Shown: positions 9,813-18,971 of the stretch, piece by piece
Layout: the number at the start of each line of letters is the position of its first letter
How positions within the stretch are numbered: position 1 is the first letter of the stretch
Notes under the pieces: generated by a model
Database searches by the model: none
Told to the model about the DNA's origin: nothing
What the model saw: the letters and a program-made list of their open reading frames with translations, nothing else
Source: a bacterium
GTDB lineage: Bacteria > UBA8248
DNA: 64,000 nucleotides
Direction: 5' to 3'
NCBI GenBank assembly: GCA_965203325.1
Contig: OZ241875.1
Coordinates: forward strand, 3,136,001-3,200,000
Program-made: the position numbers and the translations under genes

Positions 9813-12754
9813 TGCAGAATACAAGGCCGGAATACACGTCCATAGCCGAACTCGCCGCTCGCTTCGGCGCATCCGTGCCCTGCGCCGCCAACCTGCCGGT
9901 CAAGCTCGACGACCCGGATAGTGTCTGGTTCATCGATCAGGGTGCCGTCAATCTGTTCCTGGTCGAATTCAAGGACGGGGTGGAGCAGGCGGCGCCACAG
10001 CATCTGTTGCGCCGGGAATCGGGCTGGTTGCTGCCGGGTGTCGCCCCGGATCAACGAGACGGTGACGAGGACACGACGCTCAGCCTCATTGCCAAGGGAC
10101 AGCCGGGCACCCTTCTGAAACGTCTGCCGGCTTCCTTGCTGTCTCAGGTTCGTTCATCGGAACTGGCGGAACAGGCCGATACCTGGCTGACCGCCATTAC
10201 GGAAACACTGTCGCGTTTTGCAAGCCCCCTTCCGCGTCCGACTGCGCTGGCCGAACCCGGTCTGACGCAGACCCTGGCCCCTTGTACGCTATCCGTACGC
10301 CGCGGGGTGGTATGGGTATCCGAACCGCCGCGCGGCGCAAGCCTGTTCATGGGTATTATCGACCCGGCGGAACTTGCGGAGGCGTGCGGGCCTCACGAAG
10401 CCGTTATTCCGCTGACGCGGACAAGCTGGCTCACCTTGTTCGACGAGGCGACGCTGACGGGCGAATCTACCGAAACACTGGCGGAGCAAGGCATGCTGCT
10501 GCCGGCGCTCGCCTCTTTTCACGCGGTTGCTTTCACTCTGGAACGCCTGAACCGCCGACTGGTCGTGGCCGATGACGTCAATCTCGAACGCGCGCGGACA
10601 ACCAGCCGCCGCACGGCCGAAAATGCCGCGCGGCAGCGGCTCTTCAATATCTATGACCTTCCGATTGACCGGGATGCCGGTATCGAGGACACGGCGCTGG
10701 CGGATGCCCTGCAACTCATCGGGGACCATGAAGGAATCGATTTCAAGATACCGGCTCGCTCGGCACTTTCCGATTCTCCGGTCGGCCTCGTCGACGTTCT
10801 CGATGCGTCCGGCGTACGCGCCCGGCGCGTGCGGTTCAAAGCCGAGGGCAGCTGGTGGCGCGGCGACAGCAACGCGATGCTGGCATTCCGCGCCGAGGAC
10901 GGCCGCCCCGTGGCGCTGCTGCCGGGAATGTTCGGGCGATACCGGGAAATCGACCCGGTCAGCAAACGCCGCCTCCGGGTGACGGCGGACCGCGCGGGCG
11001 CGCTGAAAGAGGAGGCCTGGATGTTCTATCGGCCATTGCCGCCGGAGGACGTGAAACCGAAAGACCTGCTGGGAATGGCCCTGCACGGATCGGGCGCGGA
11101 TTTGGCGCGGCTGGTCATTTCCGGGCTTCCATACGGCTTGATCAACCTGCTGCCGGCGCTCGCGCTCGGGTTCGTTGCGAATCAAATTTTGGCGGGCGGA
11201 AGCGCAGAAGCGCTCTATGCCGTTGCCGTGGCGGTAGCAGCGTTCGGCCTGCTCGGCGCACTGCTGCACCTGTTTCAAAGCACGGCGATGATGCGGCTCG
11301 AGGGGCGCTCGGCATCCCGGCTCGAAGCCGCCTTCTGGGATCGTCTCATGCGCCTTCCGCCAAGCATTCTGCACCGCCATCCGGCCGGCGATCTGGCAAC
11401 CTCGGGAATGACGTTCCAGAATCTTCGCGACGGCTTGCGGGGGGTCGTCGCCGACAGTTTTCTGTCGCTCATTTTTCTGCTTCCGGTTTTCGGCGTCATT
11501 TTCTTCTACGACGCCACCCTCGGCCTCATCACCCTCGTCTTCAGCCTGGCTTCGCTGCTGGTCACCGTAGTCCTCGGGTTGCGCCAGATTCCACCTTATG
11601 GGCGTATGATCAGCGCAGCACGCCGCGTAGCCGGTCGACTGTTCCAGATCGTGGGAGGCATCTCCAAGCTGCGAATGGATAATGCGGAAGGGTCGGCTTA
11701 CGCCATCTGGGCGAAGGATTATCGTGAGCAGAAACGCGCGGAGATCGATCTGAGCGCGTTTGAGGGGCATTCGCGGGCGTTCGGCGCCGCGCTCCCTTTT
11801 CTGGCCGGCGGGGTACTGCTTTTTGCGGTGGCGTCGGCGGGAGACCGGAACATTCCGGTCGGCGATTTTCTCGTCGTTTACACGGTCTTTCTCGTTTTCC
11901 AGTCCTCCATCGCCCGGCTCGGTGAGTCCTTCGGCGCCATTGCCGCCATGCGGCCCGCGTTCGAGCAGATGGGCCCGCTGCTCTCCGCCGTTCCTGAAAC
12001 CGTGACGGAAGGAGAGCCGGTGGAATACCTGGGCGGTGAAATACTGTTCGACCGCATTTCCTTCCGCTACGACCCCGACGGTCCGTTGATTCTCGACGAC
12101 GTCACGATTCGCGCCCGTCCCGGCGAATTCGTTGCGATTGCCGGTGAGTCCGGCGCCGGCAAGAGCACCCTGTTCCGGCTCGCACTCGGCATTGACTGCC
12201 CGACCGCCGGTGCGGTGTATTACGACGGACGCGACCTGAGGCATCTGAATCTGAAGCAGGTGCGCCGGAAAATCGGCGCGGTGCCCCAATCCGTCGGACT
12301 CCATCCGCAAGATCTCTGGGACAATCTGGTCTCTCACCATGATGAAGTGGCGACGGAGGAGGTATGGGATGCGGTCCGGACCGCCGAAGTCGAAGCCCAG
12401 GTCAGGGACATGCCCATGGGCATGATGACCATGGTGGGCGCCAGCGGGTCCGTCCTCTCAGGCGGCGAGAGCCAGCGCATCACAATCGCCCGCTCGATAA
12501 TCGGCAGCCCTCGAATCATGTTGCTGGACGAGGCGACCAACTGGCTGGACAACGAAAGCCAGGCCAGGGTCATGGAGAACCTCGCCGCCCTGACTTCCAC
12601 CCGGCTCATCATTGCCCACCGGCTGTCCACGCTGGAACAGGCCGACCGCATCTACGTGCTGCAGGCCGGAAAAGTCGTGCAAAGCGGTTCCTTCGATGAA
12701 CTCAAGGAAGTCGACGGGGTATTCAAGGAATTGATCAAAAGGCAAATCGCTTGA
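9812..12754 (+). CDS. NHLM bacteriocin-system ABC transporter ATP-binding protein (no peptidase)
   Basis: ATG 9812 overlaps upstream TGA; N-terminal cNMP-like region, TMD, GESGAGKS, LSGGE, LDEAT. Confidence 0.88.
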   Translation: MQNTRPEYTSIAELAARFGASVPCAANLPVKLDDPDSVWFIDQGAVNLFLVEFKDGVEQAAPQHLLRRESGWLLPGVAPDQRDGDEDTTLSLIAKGQPGTLLKRLPASLLSQVRSSELAEQADTWLTAITETLSRFASPLPRPTALAEPGLTQTLAPCTLSVRRGVVWVSEPPRGASLFMGIIDPAELAEACGPHEAVIPLTRTSWLTLFDEATLTGESTETLAEQGMLLPALASFHAVAFTLERLNRRLVVADDVNLERARTTSRRTAENAARQRLFNIYDLPIDRDAGIEDTALADALQLIGDHEGIDFKIPARSALSDSPVGLVDVLDASGVRARRVRFKAEGSWWRGDSNAMLAFRAEDGRPVALLPGMFGRYREIDPVSKRRLRVTADRAGALKEEAWMFYRPLPPEDVKPKDLLGMALHGSGADLARLVISGLPYGLINLLPALALGFVANQILAGGSAEALYAVAVAVAAFGLLGALLHLFQSTAMMRLEGRSASRLEAAFWDRLMRLPPSILHRHPAGDLATSGMTFQNLRDGLRGVVADSFLSLIFLLPVFGVIFFYDATLGLITLVFSLASLLVTVVLGLRQIPPYGRMISAARRVAGRLFQIVGGISKLRMDNAEGSAYAIWAKDYREQKRAEIDLSAFEGHSRAFGAALPFLAGGVLLFAVASAGDRNIPVGDFLVVYTVFLVFQSSIARLGESFGAIAAMRPAFEQMGPLLSAVPETVTEGEPVEYLGGEILFDRISFRYDPDGPLILDDVTIRARPGEFVAIAGESGAGKSTLFRLALGIDCPTAGAVYYDGRDLRHLNLKQVRRKIGAVPQSVGLHPQDLWDNLVSHHDEVATEEVWDAVRTAEVEAQVRDMPMGMMTMVGASGSVLSGGESQRITIARSIIGSPRIMLLDEATNWLDNESQARVMENLAALTSTRLIIAHRLSTLEQADRIYVLQAGKVVQSGSFDELKEVDGVFKELIKRQIA

Positions 12755-12829
12755 TTCGGATACGCAGATAGCAACCCGGCGGCAAAAATGCGCGTCCGGC
12801 CGGATCCTGCGAAAATGGAGTAGCCGTCC

Positions 12830-14131
12830 ATGAAGAAACCCTTTGACGCAGCGGATTCCCTTGTGTCGCGGGCCGGCGAGGACGACGACTTCAGGGAGCG
12901 TCTTCTCGCCAAACCCAAAGAGACCATCGAAGCGGAATTCGGCGTGACGATGGCCGAAGGCCACGAGATTCACGTGCACGAAGACACCTATGCCGAGACG
13001 CACCTCGTCCTTCCGCCGCGCAGCAAATTCACCGAGGCGGAACGGGAGGAGGCGAGAACCGGTGCGGAATCTCTCGATTTCCTTCGCAAAACCATGCACG
13101 ACCCCGCGCCGCCCCTCCGTCCGCCCGTCGTTCAGGGGGAGATGGCCCCGAAGGCCGCCGCCACCGCCGAGGCGCTTGCGAAAGCGGGCAGAGAAGCCAT
13201 CCGCCGCGGTCTCGATTTCCTGGAATCCACGATAGACGAAAACGGCGCTTGGCACTGCATCCGGTTCAACGTGGCCGATCCGGAGGTGCCGCGGCATTTC
13301 GAAAGACCTCCCTTCGTATCGGCTTTCTGCGTCCTCGCCCTGGAATGCTGCGAGGAAGCGCGCGCCAGGGCCATCTGCGCCGCGAGCAGGGCGTATCTCG
13401 CCGACACGGTCGAATATCCCGGATTCTGGCGCTATTACCGCCATCTGCCCCCGGATCTCGACAGCACCGCACTGTGTTCACTCGTGATTGGCGCTCATCC
13501 CTGGATTTTGCTGGGGAGGAACGTTCCGCGGATACTGGCGAACCGCGACGAGGAAGGCCGCTTCATGACCTGGGTTCTCGAAGACGACGAACCCGATGTC
13601 GTGTCGCCCTTTCGCATCGAAGCCGACCCCGTGGTCAATGCGAACGTCATCGCCTGTCTCGGCGGCCACCCTGAAACCAAAGATGCCCGGCGATGGCTGG
13701 AAGCCCTGATAACCGAGGGCAATCTCGCGGGCTCCTCCAAATGGTATCCCGACGAGGTCGCCATCTATTATGCGGCCGCCCGCGCCATGGTCCGCGCACG
13801 GCCCGCTCTCGATCGGCTGCGCCCGGTACTGGCGGAGCGCATCCTGGGCTTGCGGGACGAGGAGGGGGATTTCGGCAATATCCTCCAAACGGCGCAGGCC
13901 GTCTCGGCGCTCCACCACGCGGGACGCCTCGACAGCATCGACGCGAAGCGCATGGTGGAGAGGTTCACGGGTTCGCAGCGTGAGGACGGTAGCTGGCCGG
14001 AACTCCTCGCGTTCGGCGACCAGACGCTGAAGTGGGGCGCGGTAGGGCAGATAGGGCATGGCTCCGAAGCCCTGACCACGGCGTTTTGCATCGAAGCACT
14101 CGAGCGTCTCGTCGCAGTCTTGGGGGCCTGA
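12830..14131 (+). CDS. NHLP leader-like domain fused to prenyltransferase/class II terpene-cyclase-like alpha-alpha barrel
   Basis: aa 9-78 align without gaps to the precursor leader; PPDLDST (DxDD-like), QW-like LDFL..TIDENGAW and SQREDGSW, DPVVNANV. Confidence 0.75.
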   Translation: MKKPFDAADSLVSRAGEDDDFRERLLAKPKETIEAEFGVTMAEGHEIHVHEDTYAETHLVLPPRSKFTEAEREEARTGAESLDFLRKTMHDPAPPLRPPVVQGEMAPKAAATAEALAKAGREAIRRGLDFLESTIDENGAWHCIRFNVADPEVPRHFERPPFVSAFCVLALECCEEARARAICAASRAYLADTVEYPGFWRYYRHLPPDLDSTALCSLVIGAHPWILLGRNVPRILANRDEEGRFMTWVLEDDEPDVVSPFRIEADPVVNANVIACLGGHPETKDARRWLEALITEGNLAGSSKWYPDEVAIYYAAARAMVRARPALDRLRPVLAERILGLRDEEGDFGNILQTAQAVSALHHAGRLDSIDAKRMVERFTGSQREDGSWPELLAFGDQTLKWGAVGQIGHGSEALTTAFCIEALERLVAVLGA

Positions 14132-14213
14132 AATTTCTTGCAGGTCAAGGCGCTCGGGGATAAAATATCTTCCGGTCCAAGGGACACGATATGACTACCT
14201 TTGAGGAGCTGAC

Positions 14214-16610
14214 ATGCCACAAAGCCCGGTTGTAGGTGGTGGCTCCGATTCGAGCAACGCCGGCGCCGCTCAGCCTATCGAGCCGTCCATCCTGACCGCC
14301 ATTCCGCATTATCTGCCGTTGGTCGTTTTTCCGCTGATTCTTCTCGGCGCGCTCTATGGCGGCTGGTGGCTGTTGCCGCCGCTCGTCTTTATGAGTCTGG
14401 CCGGGGCGCTCGATCGGGCGCTGGGCCGGGACGGACAAACCATGGATCCGGTGAAAACGCCGGAACACCGCCTGTTCTGGCACAATCTGCCGGTCTGGTC
14501 GTGGTCGTTTCTGTGGCCGCCGACGCTCGTTTTCGGTATGTGGCAAATCCTGGCGGCGGATCAATTCTCATGGTGGGAAGGCGTGCTCCTGGCGGTCATC
14601 CTGACGATGGAAGCGCAAGCCGTGTTCGTCGTCGGCCACGAGATGATTCATCGGCGCACGACCTGGGAGCGCCGGGTCGGCGAGTTCCTGCTCGCCTCCG
14701 TCTCCTATCCGCAGTACGCGACGGAACACGTCTATATCCACCATGCCCTGGTCGGCACGCCCTACGACGTGGGTTCCGCCCCGAAGGGGGAGAGTTTCTG
14801 GAAGTATTTCCCCAAGGAAGTCGTCAGCAACCTCGTCCATTCCTGGGAAGTCGCGGGAGAACGCCTGGCGCGGCGCCGTCTGCCCGTCTGGCATTACGAC
14901 AATCCGTTCTGGCGCTACGCGATAGGCGTCGCGTTCTGGTACGCGCTGGTGTACTGGATGGGCGGGATCTGGGCCGTTCCGGTCTTTATCTTCCTCGGCC
15001 TGTCCTGCGTCTTTTCGATGAAGATGAGCAACTACTTTCAGCACTACGGCCTGCGGCGGGTCCGCCTGGAGAACGGTCGCTGGGAAAAGGCGATGCCGCG
15101 CCATTCCTGGAGCGCCGACTGGAAGTTCAGCAACTGGATGTTTTTCAACATGCAGCGTCATGCGGACCATCACGCGGTGGCGTCGCGCCAGTATCCCCTG
15201 CTGCAGGTCAGCGGCCTCGATGAGTCGCCGGAACTGCCGGGAACCTACGCCGACATGATGAACATCGTGCTGCGGCCCAAGCGCTGGTTCGAGAAGATGG
15301 ACCCGCTGGTGGACCAGTGGCGCGAGCATTTCTATCCGGATATCGACGACTGGAGCCCCTACGACAGCCCGATTGCCGCGGCGCGGCCCGACGCCTTCGA
15401 CGCGATACTCGAGATATTCGGCGCCGCCCCGCGGCTCGCGAAATGGATTGAGCGGAATCCGGAGCTTCTGGATAACCTGCAGGACCAGGAATTCCTCGAT
15501 CTCGACCTGCCGAAAGGGTTCGGGCCGGATGCGGAATACGAAGCGATTGCGCGGCGCGGGCTGGCGAGAGTCTACTGGACGTACGAAATGGACGTTCCGG
15601 AATTGAAGGGTCTGGTCGCCGAACTGCCGGTGGCCGACGCGAGGGAAACCGCCGAGATTGTGCGGAACTGGTCGAACGACAAGGCGTTTCAGATCGGCAT
15701 GCACGTCATGCGCGGAAACCTGCTGCCGGCGGAAGCGAGTACGGCGCTCTCGAATCTCGCCGAAGCATCGATTTCGACCGTGCTCGCCTCCGTGGTCGCG
15801 GATTACGTCGACCGCTTCGGGACGCTCAGCGTGGGCGGCGTCGCCGCCGTTTTCCTGGGCGATCTGGCCAGCCGGGAAGCATACCCCGGCGTTGGAATCG
15901 AAATGCTGATCCTACACAACGGCCGTCAGTCCGGCGAAAATGAACGCATGTTCGGGAGCTTCCGAAAGTCGCTGAGCGACCTGTCGCAGGACAGCCTGTT
16001 GTTCTCCCCGGTCCCGCACGGCTCGAATTCCATTCCTGCGTTGACGCTTTCCGATCTGGCCGAGAGTTTCGGAAATTCGACTTCCGGCGAGGTTCCCGCC
16101 CTCACCAGGGCGCGTTGCGCCTTCGAGTATGAAGGTTCCGATATCGCAGACCGCTTCGAGGAGGCGCGGCGCCGGATACTGACCGAATACAGCGCGAACA
16201 GGTCTTTGCCCGACTGGTTGCGCGAGTGGACCGAAGAGGGCGCCGAAAAAAACGTGTCCGCATACGCCCGGATGCGCGGCGGGCTGAACGATGTCGAGAA
16301 GGCCGCGCGCTACCTGCAGTTGGAGCGCGGCGGAAGCTTCCTCGACGACCCGGCGCCGAGCGCTGCGGCGGTGTTCGATGCCGCCGGCGCCGAACCGCTG
16401 GCGCAAGCCGCGGTCATGTGGCGGGATTTGCAGGGCGTCATGCGCCTCGTCGGCGAGGAAGGGTTCGACGCGGCGGCGGGGGGGACGAAGGTCAAATCCC
16501 TGATTGCGAACGCTTGCGGGCAGGAGGATTTCGATGTGCTGGCGTCGGCGGTCACCGAAACCGCATCCGTCGCCGCCGCCCGGATCGATACGCTTTTTTC
16601 GCGCACATAA
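14214..16610 (+). CDS. AlkB-type membrane diiron hydroxylase/desaturase fused to degenerate GlnE-like nucleotidyltransferase domain
   Basis: His boxes HEMIHR, EHVYIHH, NYFQHYGL, QRHADHH; C-half with GAAPRLAKWIERNPELLD, LSNLAEA, LGDLASRE, RGGLNDVEKAARYLQL. Confidence 0.8.
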   Translation: MPQSPVVGGGSDSSNAGAAQPIEPSILTAIPHYLPLVVFPLILLGALYGGWWLLPPLVFMSLAGALDRALGRDGQTMDPVKTPEHRLFWHNLPVWSWSFLWPPTLVFGMWQILAADQFSWWEGVLLAVILTMEAQAVFVVGHEMIHRRTTWERRVGEFLLASVSYPQYATEHVYIHHALVGTPYDVGSAPKGESFWKYFPKEVVSNLVHSWEVAGERLARRRLPVWHYDNPFWRYAIGVAFWYALVYWMGGIWAVPVFIFLGLSCVFSMKMSNYFQHYGLRRVRLENGRWEKAMPRHSWSADWKFSNWMFFNMQRHADHHAVASRQYPLLQVSGLDESPELPGTYADMMNIVLRPKRWFEKMDPLVDQWREHFYPDIDDWSPYDSPIAAARPDAFDAILEIFGAAPRLAKWIERNPELLDNLQDQEFLDLDLPKGFGPDAEYEAIARRGLARVYWTYEMDVPELKGLVAELPVADARETAEIVRNWSNDKAFQIGMHVMRGNLLPAEASTALSNLAEASISTVLASVVADYVDRFGTLSVGGVAAVFLGDLASREAYPGVGIEMLILHNGRQSGENERMFGSFRKSLSDLSQDSLLFSPVPHGSNSIPALTLSDLAESFGNSTSGEVPALTRARCAFEYEGSDIADRFEEARRRILTEYSANRSLPDWLREWTEEGAEKNVSAYARMRGGLNDVEKAARYLQLERGGSFLDDPAPSAAAVFDAAGAEPLAQAAVMWRDLQGVMRLVGEEGFDAAAGGTKVKSLIANACGQEDFDVLASAVTETASVAAARIDTLFSRT

Positions 16611-16643
16611 AACGCGCCGGCCGAGCAGACGCGGAAACCCCGG

Positions 16644-18962
16644 ATGCCAACCCAGACGAAACGGAATCCCCCACGCGGGATATTGACGAAAACGACGCCT
16701 GCGGACCAGGGCCTCGTCGAGCTCCCCGCGCTCACCCCGCACCTGCAGTTCCGCGAAATCGACGAACGGCAGACGCTGCTGGTTTCCGAGTCGTTCGATA
16801 CGCTGCTGCACGGCGGCCTGTATGGCGATCTGCTGCCGCTTCTCGACGGCCGTCACCCGCATAACGAGATCGCCGCCGCCCTCGATGGCCGCCACCCCGC
16901 CGCCGATGTTCACGCGGCGATTGTTTCGCTCTCCGCCAGAGGCTATGTCGTCTCCGCCGATCATGGCATGGAACGGCCCCGGGCGGCCTACTGGTCGTCG
17001 CTCGGCGCATCGCCCCGCTGGGTCGAAGGGCGGCTGGCGCAGTCGCGAGTCGCGGTCGAAGGTGACGACGGCCGCCTCGTCCGGCACCTGGAAGAGGCCG
17101 GCATCGATATGGCGACCGGCGACCCCAAGCTCACCGTTGTCGTCTGCGAGGATTATCTCGACACACGGCTTGCAGAGGTGAACCGGCGCGCGCTCGAGGC
17201 GGGAGCGCCGTGGATGCTGGTGCGCCCGCGCGGAATGGAGGCGCTGTTCGGGCCCGTCTTTCGCGCGGATAAAGAAGGGCCCTGCTGGGAGTGCCTGGCT
17301 TGCCGCCTGCGCTGCCATAAGGAGGTCCACAATTTCCTGCGCAACTTCGCCGGTGAGGAAGCCGCCTTCAAGCCGTTCGCCGCCGAGTCCGGGGTCCTGG
17401 AGTCGCTGTACGGAATGATCGCGGCGGAGATCGTCAAATGGCTGGTGCTGGATGAGGCGGCCCCGATTCACGAGAACGCGATAGCGATGAACCTCGCCGC
17501 GTTCGAAAGTTCCAGGCATCCGGTGATGCGCCGCCCGCAGTGCCCCGCCTGCGGCGATGAGTCGCTCTATCGGCCGGACCGGCCGCCGGCGCCGCTTTGT
17601 CTGAGAGCGAGTCCCAAAACCCATCGCAACAGCGGCGGCGCGCGGGCCGTGACGCCCGAAGCGACCCTGGCGAAATACCGCCACCTGGTGAGCCCTGTCG
17701 GCGGGGTCGTTACATGGCTCGCGCGCACGACCGATGAGAGCGACTCCTGGCTGCACGTCTATTGGGCCGGGAGCAACCCCGGGGCGAGAAGCCGGAGCCT
17801 GAGTTCGCTCAGGCGCAGTTTGCGCAGCAAGAGCGCGGGCAAGGGCAGCACGCGGGAACAATCCGAGGCCAGCGCCCTGTGCGAGGCTATCGAGCGTTAC
17901 TCGGGCGCCTGGTGCGGAGACGAAATCTGCATCCGCAGGCGGTTCAACGACCTGGCTGCGGAAGAGGCGGCAATCCATCCCAACGATGTGCAGTTGTTCA
18001 GCGATTATCAGCTCGACAACGCGGAGAGCATCAACGCGAAAGGCCACCCGTACAACATCGTCCCGCCGCGTCTCGACCCCGATGCCGAAATCGACTGGAC
18101 CCCGGTCTGGTCGTTCACGCAGCGGCGGCATCGCTATCTGCCGACGTCGATGCTCTACAGCATGTCTCCCGAAGGGCGCGGCGGCGCCGATCTGATTGCC
18201 GACTCCAACGGCTGCGCCGCGGGGAACACCCTGGAGGAGGCCATCCTGCAGGGCTTCTATGAACTGGTCGAGCGCGATGCGTTCGCCATCTGGTGGTATA
18301 ACCGACTGAGAGCGCCCGGGGTCGATCTTTGCGGCTTTGACGACGAATTCCTCGCCTCGGCCGCGGGGTACTACGGCCGCTGCGAGCGGGAAGTGTGGAT
18401 GCTCGACGTTACCTCCGATATCGGGATTCCTTCGTTCGTCGCGCTATCGCGCAGACCGGACGCGGACACCGAGGACATCATATACGGCGCAGGCGCCCAT
18501 GCCGACCCGCGGCTGGCGGCCCTGCGCGCGGTTTGCGAGCTGAACCAGTGCCTTACCTGGCTGCCGCGTCCCGGCGGGGGCGACGGCAAGCCCATGATCG
18601 ACGATCCGCTGGCGCTCAGTTGGTGGAAGACGGCTCGACTTGCCGATTGTTCCTGGCTGGCGCCGGCACCGGACGCGCCGCTCAGGCAAGGCTCGCACTA
18701 TCCGGTGATCGAATCGGCGGACACGCGCGACGACGTGGAGCATTGCCGGGCGTTGGTGGAAGCCAAAGACATGGAGTTCCTCGTGCTGGACCAGACCCGG
18801 CCGGACATCGGGATGCCGGTTGCGCGGGTCATCGTGCCGGGCATGCGCCATTTCTGGGCGAGATTCGCGCCCGGGCGCCTCTACGACGCGCCCCTCGACA
18901 TGGGACGCCGCGAACACCCCCTGGCCGAAGCTGATTTGAATCCCGCGCCCGTGATCGCGTAA
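16644..18962 (+). CDS. TOMM cyclodehydratase, fused RRE/E1-like-YcaO
   Basis: GPCWECL...CPAC, SAGKG, SALCEAIERYS, SNGCAAG..ELVERDA, Pro-rich C-terminus LNPAPVIA. Confidence 0.92.
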   Translation: MPTQTKRNPPRGILTKTTPADQGLVELPALTPHLQFREIDERQTLLVSESFDTLLHGGLYGDLLPLLDGRHPHNEIAAALDGRHPAADVHAAIVSLSARGYVVSADHGMERPRAAYWSSLGASPRWVEGRLAQSRVAVEGDDGRLVRHLEEAGIDMATGDPKLTVVVCEDYLDTRLAEVNRRALEAGAPWMLVRPRGMEALFGPVFRADKEGPCWECLACRLRCHKEVHNFLRNFAGEEAAFKPFAAESGVLESLYGMIAAEIVKWLVLDEAAPIHENAIAMNLAAFESSRHPVMRRPQCPACGDESLYRPDRPPAPLCLRASPKTHRNSGGARAVTPEATLAKYRHLVSPVGGVVTWLARTTDESDSWLHVYWAGSNPGARSRSLSSLRRSLRSKSAGKGSTREQSEASALCEAIERYSGAWCGDEICIRRRFNDLAAEEAAIHPNDVQLFSDYQLDNAESINAKGHPYNIVPPRLDPDAEIDWTPVWSFTQRRHRYLPTSMLYSMSPEGRGGADLIADSNGCAAGNTLEEAILQGFYELVERDAFAIWWYNRLRAPGVDLCGFDDEFLASAAGYYGRCEREVWMLDVTSDIGIPSFVALSRRPDADTEDIIYGAGAHADPRLAALRAVCELNQCLTWLPRPGGGDGKPMIDDPLALSWWKTARLADCSWLAPAPDAPLRQGSHYPVIESADTRDDVEHCRALVEAKDMEFLVLDQTRPDIGMPVARVIVPGMRHFWARFAPGRLYDAPLDMGRREHPLAEADLNPAPVIA

Positions 18963-18971
18963 GGAAGCCAT

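Noticed and set aside
10289..18131. Long antisense ORFs (683, 378, 739 aa)
   Set aside because: Shadow frames of GC-rich genes with clear motifs on the + strand
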